Shown: in pieces, positions 39,792 through 49,178 of the stretch
Layout of the letters: every line of letters begins with the position of its first letter
Numbering within the stretch: position 1 is the first letter of the stretch
NCBI GenBank assembly: GCA_963662285.2
Contig: CAXXMV010000008.1
Span: 352,001 to 416,000 of the forward strand
From: a bacterium
Lineage (GTDB): Bacteria > Hinthialibacterota > Hinthialibacteria > Hinthialibacterales > Hinthialibacteraceae
Length of the DNA stretch: 64,000 nucleotides
Direction of reading: 5' to 3'
Position numbers and translations under genes: made by a program
The notes under the pieces: generated by a model
Seen by the model: the letters and a program-made list of their open reading frames with translations, nothing else
The model's database searches: none
Told to the model about the DNA's origin: nothing

Positions 39792-40610
39792 TTAATCCAA
39801 AGCCAGTATGTCCCATTCATTCAATTTGCTGATCATGGTTGTTACTGCTTCGTCTTTTTTATCGCCTTCACCATTTATAATCTCGCCTTTTTCACGCTGA
39901 GGCGCGAAGATTTTTCTAACCTGGGTTGGCGAACCATTAAGACCAATCTCTTTCTTATCCAATTTCATGATGTCATTAGACCAGATGGGCAGCATTGTCG
40001 CTTCTGCATCCAATCTGGCTGGCACGGTTGGATATCTCAGGTTATTGATCTCACGCACCACTGTGATTAATGCAGGCAAATGAGCTTTGACGATCTCATA
40101 GCGTCCCTCAAGTTTTCTTCTTACTGTTATGGATTGTTTTTCAGCATCAATATCCTGAATCTGATCCACCAAAGTAAGTTGCGAATAATCAAGACGACAT
40201 GCGATGCCCGGACCAACCTGAGCGGTATCCCCATCAATGGTCTGCATTCCACAGAACACCAGATCAACTGGATATTTATCCTCACTCAGTTTCTTGATAG
40301 CTTCAGCCAACACTTTACTGGTGGCCAGCGTATCAGCGCCGCCGAATACTCTATCGCTTAATAAGACGGCATTATCAGCGCCCAGCGACAACGCCCGGCG
40401 CAGCACTTTTTCCGCAGTCGGCGGCCCCATTGAAATGGCTGTCACATAACAACCATATTTATCTTTCAATCTGAGCGCCTCTTCCAAAGCATGGGTGTCA
40501 AACGGATTCGTAATAAATGGAATCCCTTCCCTCACCAAGGTATTGGTTTCCGGATCGATCTTTACCAGCGTCGTATCCGGCACCATTTTCACACAAGCTA
40601 CTATATGCAT
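39792..40610 (-). CDS. etfB: Electron transfer flavoprotein beta subunit
   Basis: CVKMVPDT, NPFDTHALE, SMGP, FGGADTLAT, QTIDGDTAQVGP. Start at MHIVA with AAGGAG RBS. Confidence 0.95.
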   Translation of the reverse strand: MHIVACVKMVPDTTLVKIDPETNTLVREGIPFITNPFDTHALEEALRLKDKYGCYVTAISMGPPTAEKVLRRALSLGADNAVLLSDRVFGGADTLATSKVLAEAIKKLSEDKYPVDLVFCGMQTIDGDTAQVGPGIACRLDYSQLTLVDQIQDIDAEKQSITVRRKLEGRYEIVKAHLPALITVVREINNLRYPTVPARLDAEATMLPIWSNDIMKLDKKEIGLNGSPTQVRKIFAPQREKGEIINGEGDKKDEAVTTMISKLNEWDILALD

Positions 40611-41640
40611 CCGACTTCTCCTTACTCGGATTTCCGACATTCAAGCAGATAACCCGTAATCTAGAGCGATTGTCAAAAATATGTTCGTTTATTATCACGT
40701 TTGAACTTCGTAGAAACCAATCTTTTTTGGCTGTTACGAATATCCAATCAGAACATTATTATGACAATTACTCAAAAAAATATTATAGACGCAATTGTTA
40801 TCCACAGAAATCACATCAGTTCTCTTCAGTTCTGAAAGTGAAATATCGACATTATTTGATATTGCGGAATAGGCGCAAAAGATAACGCCGTTATCTCGAT
40901 GATTAGAAGCAGTACTATTTAAACCATCCAGGATTAACGTTAATGCTGCTCTTTTTATTACTTTACTTATACCAATCAGGAAGTACAAGAGATATGAGAT
41001 TCCAGGTATTAATAGAATAATAATTACTACTCACTCTCGCTGATATTAAGAAAACCAGTTGAAATATTAAAATCTAACTCTATCTTAAAGTGCATATAAT
41101 CAATATTTTATGAATTTTTTAGCATAAAAATGACTAGATGTCATTTCTTTTCAGCAAAATAACTTTCACTAATAATTCTACTATCCATACTATTAGCCCC
41201 AAGCTGTACAGAGCATGATCTGAGTATTTTATTTCATCCTTCTAACAACGTCACAATAATCATGACGAAGATATTTTTTTAACGAAGTATATTAGTTATA
41301 TTTACATTCTAATTAAAAGAATATTTCAATAATTACTACTTTATCATATTAATGGTTATATAAATACTTAACATTGATAATAATGCACAAATAATTAATC
41401 GATTCTTTAGTATTTTCTATAATAAAAATACTGATGAATAGAGCAGTTAGCAAATTTATAAAAAAAATGTTATTTTTTTATAAATTTTTCTATTTCTTAA
41501 GAGATTTCTCTGCTGAATTATTCCACGGCGGAATTTTTCAAGAAATCCAAATCTAATCCCTGGCTTATTAAGGCTTTATAAGACTTATTAAAATCCATTG
41601 CTTAGAGCATAATTATTCATCCCCATAAAGAGGTAAACTA

Positions 41641-42717
41641 ATGAGATCAATCACTACTACATTGATAGCCCTAGTCATCATATCAACAAACTTTTCTCTT
41701 GCTTTCAGCGATGTTTTTGTTTCCAAACAACGCATTGAAATCCTCAAGCATCGTATCCAGCAGAAAATAGAACCTAACTATTCGGCTTATAATGCAATGC
41801 AAAAAACAGCCGATTCCAACTTAAACCTTGATCCAAAAACACCCAAGCATTGGCACGTTCCCTATTATTACGAAGACGCCAAAGGCCATGTCGAAGCCAA
41901 GCAATCACTGAGCGACAGCGCCAACTATGCATATCAATTTGCATTATGTTATCGAATGAACGGGCAGGAGAAATACGCAAAATCAGCCATTCGAATCATG
42001 AACGCCTGGGCTACCGGCATTGAGAGCATTGGCGTCAAGGAAGATTCCACTCTATCCTTCAGTTATCATTTCCCGGCAATGATATTCGCCGCCGACCTGC
42101 TCAATGACTCACCGCTATGGCCCGAAGAAGAACGGCAAATCTTCAAAACCTTCGTGCGCCAGTCAACCATGAAACTCAATACGATGAAGAGTAAGAATAA
42201 CTGGGGAAACTGGGGATTGGTCTTAGTCATGTCATGCGCAACATATCTGGAAGATGCAGCGCTCTTTAACAAGGGAGTGCAACGCTGGAAAGAGTTTATC
42301 GAGACCCAAATCGCTGAAGATGGTCATCTGCCCCATGAAGTGAACCGCAATGAAGGACGAAGTGGAATCTGGTACTCAAATTTCTGCCTGATGCCCCAGA
42401 CCATCGCCGCTGAAATCGCCCGCGTAAATGGAGTTGATCTATATGATTACCAGGCGCCCAATGGCCGAACCTTGCGTTTAGCCTATGAAAAACTGGCTGA
42501 TTGGATTTATCAACCGGAAACTTTTCCCTATTGGAAATCTGATCCCAAACAGCTGGGAGGCGTAACATATATAAGTTATTTTGAAATTCTCAACCTTCAT
42601 TGGCCTAACGCAAAAGTGACTGAATTACTCAAAAAACACCGACCGCTAACCGCAAGCCATTCCAGCCCGGTTCTCACCTTTACTCATGGTGATTTGTTGG
42701 ACGCAGATTCTAAGTGA
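41641..42717 (+). CDS. Secreted alginate-lyase-family polysaccharide lyase
   Basis: Signal peptide; YAKSAIRIMNAW, NNWGNW, QIAEDGHLPHEVNR, GIWYSNF, GVDLY. Confidence 0.8.
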   Translation: MRSITTTLIALVIISTNFSLAFSDVFVSKQRIEILKHRIQQKIEPNYSAYNAMQKTADSNLNLDPKTPKHWHVPYYYEDAKGHVEAKQSLSDSANYAYQFALCYRMNGQEKYAKSAIRIMNAWATGIESIGVKEDSTLSFSYHFPAMIFAADLLNDSPLWPEEERQIFKTFVRQSTMKLNTMKSKNNWGNWGLVLVMSCATYLEDAALFNKGVQRWKEFIETQIAEDGHLPHEVNRNEGRSGIWYSNFCLMPQTIAAEIARVNGVDLYDYQAPNGRTLRLAYEKLADWIYQPETFPYWKSDPKQLGGVTYISYFEILNLHWPNAKVTELLKKHRPLTASHSSPVLTFTHGDLLDADSK

Positions 42718-42756
42718 ATAGGATTTTCTAATAACTGTAGAGGTAACTCTTGTGAC

Positions 42757-42918
42757 GGGTGGCAAGGACAGTGTATTTTTCTGTCCTTGATTGAGGTCAC
42801 TTCATATATTTCAATACTTTTTTTACAATCTTCAATCTTCGTTGAAGACAGAATCAAGGTTGATCTTGTTTTTACAAAGTTTTAGTCAAGGGCAGAAAGG
42901 ACGCTGCCTTTGGCGCCC
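42757..42918. repeat. Inverted-doublet (REPIN/MITE-like) element
   Basis: Ends GGGTGGCAAGGACAGTGTATTTTTCTGTCCTTGA and TCAAGGGCAGAAAGGACGCTGCCTTTGGCGCCC; interior similar to the 5356 copy. Confidence 0.8.
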
Positions 42919-42956
42919 TTATTTTTCTACCCATAACAATTTCCGGCAAAACCAAT

Positions 42957-44324
42957 TCAACTCAACAATAAAGCAACCCTATTAATAGGCTCTTCACTAA
43001 CCGGATCAATCATCAAGCGCGTCATCCTGATCTCTCCAGTTGGATTATAACCAGCCCTATGTATAACGGGCATCAATAAATCAAGCCAATGGTTCACTTT
43101 ATCTGATCCGCCTTTTATGTAGAAAACGATGACTCTTATTTCAGAAGTGGTTATCACCTCAACCCCATCCGGCGTCTTGTTCTGGTCAATCTTATCCGGT
43201 AAAGCAAGCATTAGATTAACTTCGTCTTCGGGCAACCGTGGATCATGCGAAATCTGAACCAATCCATTAGCGCACAAACCGGAGTTTCTCTGCGCATCAT
43301 ACAGTTTTTTATAGAGGATTTTCCTCCGCCAAAAATCATTGACTCTATCTCTCCTGGTTTGCAGTACAGCGTAAGTTTGCGGCGCAATGGTTTCGACTTT
43401 CCACTGGCTCACGCCATCTTCATCCAGCCCAAGATCATCTATCGGATCAGGGGGGATAGGTTGATCAGACCGCACATGCTGCAAGAGCCATTGATCCATC
43501 TCGCGTTGATCAACGGCCTGCCTTAGATCATGGTCAACGCCTGGCAACAATGAACTCTTTACATCCACGCCATTCTCTTCAAGAGATGTCAACATTGTCT
43601 CAGCATAAAACATTGGGATGATGCGATCATCAATACCGTGTATCATCCATACGGCAATATTCTTCAAACGCGACGCCCGCCAGGCAGCTCCCCCACCGGA
43701 ACATGGAGCGATGGCTGCGAAATACTCTGGATTATGCATAGCCCATTGAAAAGCCCCAAAGCCCCCCATGCTGTGTCCTTTGATATAAACGCGATCTTCA
43801 TCAATGGGTAATATTATCTCTAACTCATCCAACATACCATTCAAGGCGGAGATATCCCAACCGCTTCGCTCACTAACCGGATAAACCTGTATATATGGCA
43901 ATGATTCCGGTTGCGAGGTGAAATTGATTGGTTGTTGAACTGCATCTCCGCCATGCAATTCAATTATTAATGGGTAAGGTTTAGTTGATTGTCCAAAATC
44001 AGCTGGTAAAGTTAATAAACAATTAATTATGCTGCTTGATCGAGAATCAGTTCCTGCAAGTGTATAGGGAACTTGCGCCCCGGCATGCTGCGCCAAGAAG
44101 TTTGATTTATCAGCCAAAGAATCACATAATTCGGTGGCGTATTGTACCATTTGATTCGCCCATGAATCGATTTCTATTATTGGTGAGTACAGTTGATTAA
44201 CAATCCAACCTATAACTCCAGGCATGATTTTGCGCCAAACTGGATCAAGATAACCAAAATCAACGTCATCAATCAATTTTTTAATACACTGCTCTCTATC
44301 TTCATTCAATCGCTCAAGCGTCAT
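42957..44324 (-). CDS. Alpha/beta-hydrolase (esterase/peptidase-like) with probable C-terminal GyrI-like domain
   Basis: YPLIIELHGG, IDEDRVYIKGHSMGGFGA, WMIHGIDDRIIP, GVDH; about 150-aa C-terminal beta-alpha-beta-beta duplication. Confidence 0.78.
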   Translation of the reverse strand: MTLERLNEDREQCIKKLIDDVDFGYLDPVWRKIMPGVIGWIVNQLYSPIIEIDSWANQMVQYATELCDSLADKSNFLAQHAGAQVPYTLAGTDSRSSSIINCLLTLPADFGQSTKPYPLIIELHGGDAVQQPINFTSQPESLPYIQVYPVSERSGWDISALNGMLDELEIILPIDEDRVYIKGHSMGGFGAFQWAMHNPEYFAAIAPCSGGGAAWRASRLKNIAVWMIHGIDDRIIPMFYAETMLTSLEENGVDVKSSLLPGVDHDLRQAVDQREMDQWLLQHVRSDQPIPPDPIDDLGLDEDGVSQWKVETIAPQTYAVLQTRRDRVNDFWRRKILYKKLYDAQRNSGLCANGLVQISHDPRLPEDEVNLMLALPDKIDQNKTPDGVEVITTSEIRVIVFYIKGGSDKVNHWLDLLMPVIHRAGYNPTGEIRMTRLMIDPVSEEPINRVALLLS

Positions 44325-44574
44325 TATTCCCTCAATCTACATATATTCGCTTAATTATCAACCAAATTATTTTTGATAATCGTCTTTGAAATTAATATAT
44401 ATAATAATCTCTAGCCATAATAGTTAACTATACGATATTATTTAATTAGGGAAATTGCGGTCTACTGTACAGCTATATTCTGCGATGCGAAATGTTAAAA
44501 TATCTTTATTATTTATATATTATGGTTCACCCAATTTCTATCAACAATTATCTCATGGGAGAAAGGACATTTAA

Positions 44575-45927
44575 ATGTCAAAGAAAAGCAATCAATCTCG
44601 CCGGGATTTCTTAAAAACCACTGGCAAATCCGCATTTTGGCTCAGCATGGCGACAGCAGCGCCCAGCATAGTACCTAGTAGTGTTATTGGAGCGGATGCG
44701 CCTAGCGATAAACTAACGGTTGGCTGTATCGGACTCGGATGGCGCGGCTCAGATCATGTGGAAGGCGCCATGCGCAACCCAAACACCCAAATCGCCGCTC
44801 TATGCGATCTGGATCGTCCATACTTATTGCACGCCATGAAAAGACTGGATGATAATGATGGCATCGACCGTGAATGGATCGAAGGCCGCGGCAGCCAGAT
44901 GAAACGCCCTACGTTGCCCCCCAAAGCGGTTGAAGGTTATGAACGTTATGAGCGCCTCCTTGAGCGCAAAGACATTGATGGCGTATTCATAGCCGTGCCG
45001 GATCACTCTCACGCCCGTCTTTATATCGACGCCATGCAAGCTGGTAAAGACGTCTACGGTGAAAAACCCCTTACTTTAACTATTAACCAGGGACGCGACC
45101 TGGTTCGGGTAGCCCGCGAAACCGGATGCGTTTTCCAGACCGGCAGCCAGCAACGATCCGACGCTAAATTCCGCCAAGCCTGTGAATACGTACGAAGCGG
45201 CCGTTTAGGTAAAATCCACACTGTCCTGGTCGGCGTTGGCGGCGCCCCGCAGCGTGAAGGAGTACCCGATGAAATAGTACCTGCCGGATTAAACTGGGAT
45301 GGATGGCTCGGCGCCGCTCCCAAAGTTCCTTATAATCCCCTACGTCAACGCGTTGAGTTCCGTTGGTTCTTCGAATACTCCGGCGGCATGGTAACCGACT
45401 GGGGCGCGCATCACCTTGATATTACCCAGTGGGGTCTGGGCATGGATGGTTCCGGTCCTTTATCCGTAGAGGGATCAGCCGAAGTTGCGCCCGGATATTT
45501 CAACACCTTCACCAGTTTTGATTTCACTTTCCAATATCCCGACGATATCACTGTAAGGTTTGGTCCTGGCAGCAGAGGCGGCATTACTTTCCAGGGTGAA
45601 AAAGGCGAAATCTGGGTTACCCGAGGCAAGATAGAAGCCAATCCAACCAGTATCTTTGAAGAACCGCTTACCTCTTCCGATGTAAAACTGTATAAAAGCG
45701 ACGACCACATTCAGGATTGGGTAAATTGCGTTAAAACCCGTGAACGTCCTATCTGTGACGTCGAAATCGGTCACCGCTCCGTTTCAGTCTGCCATTTGGC
45801 CAACATCTGCGGTCACCTGGGTCGCAAACTGGAATGGGACGCCAAAAACGAAATCTTCATCAACGATACCAATGCCAACCAGATGCTGGATCGTGAAGAA
45901 CGCGACCCATATCAACACATGAGATAA
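44575..45927 (+). CDS. Tat-exported Gfo/Idh/MocA-family oxidoreductase
   Basis: SRRDFLK Tat motif; GCIGLGWRG, AVPDHSH, YGEKP, QTGSQQRS, DWGAHHLDI. Confidence 0.92.
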   Translation: MSKKSNQSRRDFLKTTGKSAFWLSMATAAPSIVPSSVIGADAPSDKLTVGCIGLGWRGSDHVEGAMRNPNTQIAALCDLDRPYLLHAMKRLDDNDGIDREWIEGRGSQMKRPTLPPKAVEGYERYERLLERKDIDGVFIAVPDHSHARLYIDAMQAGKDVYGEKPLTLTINQGRDLVRVARETGCVFQTGSQQRSDAKFRQACEYVRSGRLGKIHTVLVGVGGAPQREGVPDEIVPAGLNWDGWLGAAPKVPYNPLRQRVEFRWFFEYSGGMVTDWGAHHLDITQWGLGMDGSGPLSVEGSAEVAPGYFNTFTSFDFTFQYPDDITVRFGPGSRGGITFQGEKGEIWVTRGKIEANPTSIFEEPLTSSDVKLYKSDDHIQDWVNCVKTRERPICDVEIGHRSVSVCHLANICGHLGRKLEWDAKNEIFINDTNANQMLDREERDPYQHMR

Positions 45928-45971
45928 ACCAATAAGTTATATTCACTATAATTATTCCACACAGATAAGCC

Positions 45972-46001
45972 AAAGGGAGAGACTACGGTCTCTCCCTTTT
46001 T
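45972..46001 (+). terminator. Rho-independent terminator
   Basis: AAAGGGAGAGAC-TACG-GTCTCTCCCTTTTT. Confidence 0.85.
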
Positions 46002-46123
46002 GCATCTTAAACAGTGAGCATAATTGTACAAAACTAAAGTACACCCACATATAAATTAGACAGACAAGATTGTGAAGTGCTTTTCAAATAAGGTTATAAT
46101 CATAATCGAACAAATTTTATGCC

Positions 46124-46348
46124 TCACAGGTAATCTTTAAGTTTATCTTCAGAGAGTCGAATATCTCTAAGGACTTTTCGTAAAAGACTTCGTTTTATAT
46201 CTTTTGAGTGTATAGAAACCGTTGTATGACGACCATCTTCATGGAAAAAGAATGCATGACTTCCCCGCTGGCGTTTTTTCTCAAATCCCAGGAGTTTCAA
46301 AACACGAACAAGTTGTCGAGGCGTAATTATTGGAAGGCGATCACTCAT
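46124..46348 (-). CDS. hicA: HicA-family mRNA interferase toxin
   Basis: 74 aa; LKLLGF..RQRGSHAFF..GRHTTVSIH. Confidence 0.9.
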   Translation of the reverse strand: MSDRLPIITPRQLVRVLKLLGFEKKRQRGSHAFFFHEDGRHTTVSIHSKDIKRSLLRKVLRDIRLSEDKLKDYL

Positions 46349-46590
46349 GCTGTTTGTAGGTGGACGAGAACCGGCTTGACATAGGTGTTGCTTTCTGGAT
46401 TATTTTCCAGAGGTATATTTTTCCCTATTTCTTGCAAACCTTCCAAGCAACACATGACGGCTTCTTTTATATTAAGTTCTACTTCTTCCTGCGTCTCTCC
46501 TTGTGTATGGCAATGGAGAGCGGGGACGCTGGCAATCCAGCCGCCGTCTTCGTCGTCTCTTTCATAGATAACCGTATATTGATAATCCAT
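46345..46590 (-). CDS. hicB: HicB-family antitoxin (short form)
   Basis: YTVIYERDDEDGGWIASVPALHCHTQGETQEEVELNIKEA; ATGA overlap with hicA. Confidence 0.9.
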   Translation of the reverse strand: MDYQYTVIYERDDEDGGWIASVPALHCHTQGETQEEVELNIKEAVMCCLEGLQEIGKNIPLENNPESNTYVKPVLVHLQTA

Positions 46591-46660
46591 TGGAATCCTC
46601 ATTATCCTTAGGCGTTATGATACTATTATAATACAAAAACGGAGAATTTTGCACAGACGA

Positions 46661-46691
46661 GTAGGATGACAAAGCGATAGCGTGTCCCATC
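46661..46691 (+). repeat. GTAG-type REP variant
   Basis: GTAGGATGACAAAGCGATAGCGTGTCCCATC; reverse complement resembles 11055-11084. Confidence 0.65.
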
Positions 46692-46702
46692 GTTTTATCT
46701 TC

Positions 46703-47620
46703 TCACCCGTTCTGCATAGCAATAATATCCTCATACTTAGGCGCAGAAGGTTGGGCGCCCAGTTTGGTCACCGACAGCGCTGCGGCGGCGTTGGCGAACG
46801 AAACCGCCTGGCTTAGAGTCTTTCCATCAGCCAAACCGACAGCCAAGGCGCCGTTGAAAACATCTCCCGCCGCCGTGGCGTCAACCGCTTTAACCACATA
46901 ACCTTCGACCAGTTCTTTCATATCAGAACTTACTATATAAGCTCCTTTAGAACCAAGCGTCACAATGACTACATCAACCCCTTTAGCCATCAATATCTCA
47001 GCGGCGCGAGCTGCGTCTTTCTCATTCTCGACTTTAACGCCAGTCAGCAACTCCGCTTCCGACTGATTGGGAGTCAATATTGATACTTTACTGAGCAACT
47101 CATCGCTCAATTGCTGGGCTGGAGCGGGATTAAGAATGATCTTGATATTATTACGGGCGGCAATATCAGCTGCCGCTTCGACTGTCTCTATGGGAATCTC
47201 CAGTTGCATCAAAAGAATATCGGCTGAAGTGATTTTAGATTCTGCTTTACGCATATCATCGGGAGACAAGTTCCCATTAGCGCCAGAAGCAACCGCGATG
47301 CTGTTTTCTCCATCATCAGCCACCAGAATCTGCGCCACCCCCGATGGCGCATCGGGATCGCGCACAACGCATTCAACATCGATGCCGTCTTCTATAAATC
47401 CCTGCACCGCCTGTTGGCCGAACATATCCTGCCCCACGCGGGCAATGAACGAGACATCACCTCCCGCCCGCGCAGCGCCAACCGCTTGATTGGCGCCCTT
47501 GCCTCCGGCGGCGGTGGTAAATACGCCGCCTAAAATGGTCTCTCCCGGCTTGGGAATCCAGGGAACCTTGATAATCATATCTGTATTGGAACTGCCGACT
47601 ACTGCAATTTTTTTGCCCAT
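46703..47620 (-). CDS. rbsK: Ribokinase
   Basis: VVGSSNTD, PKPGETI, GGKGANQA, ILNPAPA, TLGSKG, VDATAAGDVFNG. Confidence 0.94.
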   Translation of the reverse strand: MGKKIAVVGSSNTDMIIKVPWIPKPGETILGGVFTTAAGGKGANQAVGAARAGGDVSFIARVGQDMFGQQAVQGFIEDGIDVECVVRDPDAPSGVAQILVADDGENSIAVASGANGNLSPDDMRKAESKITSADILLMQLEIPIETVEAAADIAARNNIKIILNPAPAQQLSDELLSKVSILTPNQSEAELLTGVKVENEKDAARAAEILMAKGVDVVIVTLGSKGAYIVSSDMKELVEGYVVKAVDATAAGDVFNGALAVGLADGKTLSQAVSFANAAAALSVTKLGAQPSAPKYEDIIAMQNG

Positions 47621-47651
47621 GATTTATGTCCTTATATAATCCACTGAATTA

Positions 47652-48656
47652 TCAGGAAGCGCCTGAAACGATAACCAAAATGATGCCGAGAATAAAGAAA
47701 GCGAACATCAACATGACTAACAGGTTGGCGCCTTGTTTGGCGTCTTTGAACTCTTTCCAGATAAAGACTCCCCAGAAGGCAGCCACCATGGTCGCGCCTT
47801 GTCCCAGACCATACGAGATAGCGGAACCCGCCGCCCCGGAAGCGATGTTGGCGAATGACATACCGATGCTCCAGATCACTCCGCCCAGGATGCCGATCAA
47901 ATGCAGGCGCAGATTTCCTTTACTGAAATAGTCGCCCAATGGTACAGGTTCGCCCACGAAAGGCTTGGCCATAACCAGCGTGTTGAAGATGAAATTAGAG
48001 AGGAATATACCTAGCGAGAATACAACCACTGCGGCGTAAGGCTCCATCAATCCGGCTTCGGGCTGGGCGAAATCGGTCGCCATAGCGGCTTGCACCAGGT
48101 AGAAGAACAGCCCCATCAATATACCTGCGGCGACCGAAATGACAATCCCCTTGCCTATGGTTTTCTGACCTTGCGATGGAACGCGACTGTAGGCGACCGA
48201 ATCGAGGATGATGGCAATCATGATGCATGCCACTCCGGCGAAAAGCATGACGGCGTTTCCCTTCGGCTCAGCGATATAGTTGACCAGCACGCCTTCGACT
48301 AAGGCGATGCCGATTCCAATAGGGAACGCGACCGACATACCCGCAATGTCTATTGCGGCCACCAGTAATATATTGGCGATATTAAAAACAATACCGCCCA
48401 CAAAGGCGTATCCAATGGCATTAAGCGAGGCCTGGCTTATATCAGCTATAAAACCGCGGCCCGCGCCGCCCATGCTGCCCAGGGTTAAAGCAAAAACCAC
48501 CGCCAAAAGCAGCACGCCTATGGAATAATCCCAATAAAAAAGTTGAAAGCGCCATTCCTTACTGGCCAATTTTTGGGTATTAGCCCATGATCCCCAACAT
48601 AACATCGTGATGAAACACATAACCACTGCAACTGAATATGATTCGACGATGACCAT
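47652..48656 (-). CDS. DMT-superfamily sugar/ureide permease (GRP/UPS-like)
   Basis: About 10 TM; CWGSWANTQK, FYWDY, AGMSVAFP, ISYGLGQGATMV..WGVFIWKEF; co-oriented with rbsK. Confidence 0.85.
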   Translation of the reverse strand: MVIVESYSVAVVMCFITMLCWGSWANTQKLASKEWRFQLFYWDYSIGVLLLAVVFALTLGSMGGAGRGFIADISQASLNAIGYAFVGGIVFNIANILLVAAIDIAGMSVAFPIGIGIALVEGVLVNYIAEPKGNAVMLFAGVACIMIAIILDSVAYSRVPSQGQKTIGKGIVISVAAGILMGLFFYLVQAAMATDFAQPEAGLMEPYAAVVVFSLGIFLSNFIFNTLVMAKPFVGEPVPLGDYFSKGNLRLHLIGILGGVIWSIGMSFANIASGAAGSAISYGLGQGATMVAAFWGVFIWKEFKDAKQGANLLVMLMFAFFILGIILVIVSGAS

Positions 48657-48828
48657 ATTAACCTCCATTTAAGTATTACAAATTTAGAGAATCGCTTTTA
48701 ACAATATTCTCACATCACAGATGATGGTTCAAGAGATCAAAGCGATTGTTGCTGATGACGCTATGACCAACTAATTGTACAGTGTAACAACGTCCCCTCG
48801 GTTAAATTCAGGTCAAGACCCATTATAC

Positions 48829-48923
48829 GTAGGGTGCGCCCCTTGTGGGCGCCCGATTAGACCGACGGCCTGGGAATTAAAAAAGATGATTCATAGCCGG
48901 ATAACCACAAGAGTTACCCCTAC
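48829..48923. repeat. Inverted doublet of two GTAG-type REPs
   Basis: GTAGGGTGCGCCCCTTGTGGGCGCCC...GGATAACCACAAGAGTTACCCCTAC; same two REP types as the tandem units at 62.9 kb. Confidence 0.8.
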
Positions 48924-49178
48924 AATTATTTAATAATTGTAATATTTAGATAATAATACTAAAACTTAGGTTTGATCGGTCGAGAATATATAAGATTATA
49001 TGATATGTAATTTATTTTAAGGTTGAGCAGGCGGTTTCGTGGTTAGAGTAGAGTTTATAACATAGTTCATTTTCGCGTTTCATTAATCACTCAGAATAGG
49101 CATTATTGAAAACGAAACGTGATTATCAACCGACGTAATTTCGAGAACAACTCTAATTAAAAGCCGAAAGGAATCGCC

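Noticed and set aside
40798-40806. Perfect DnaA box TTATCCACA in an AT-rich gap (possible oriC)
   Set aside because: Only one box seen, and no dnaA/dnaN/gidA-type context; a single 9-mer is expected by chance.
40517-40988. ORFs of 122 aa (+) and 84 aa (-) in the etfB upstream gap
   Set aside because: No RBS, atypical composition and no recognisable domain; treated as non-coding.
49040-49159. Integron attC site
   Set aside because: The GTTAGAG...CTCTAAT ends are in the opposite order to attC (RYYYAAC...GTTRRRY), and no integrase is nearby.
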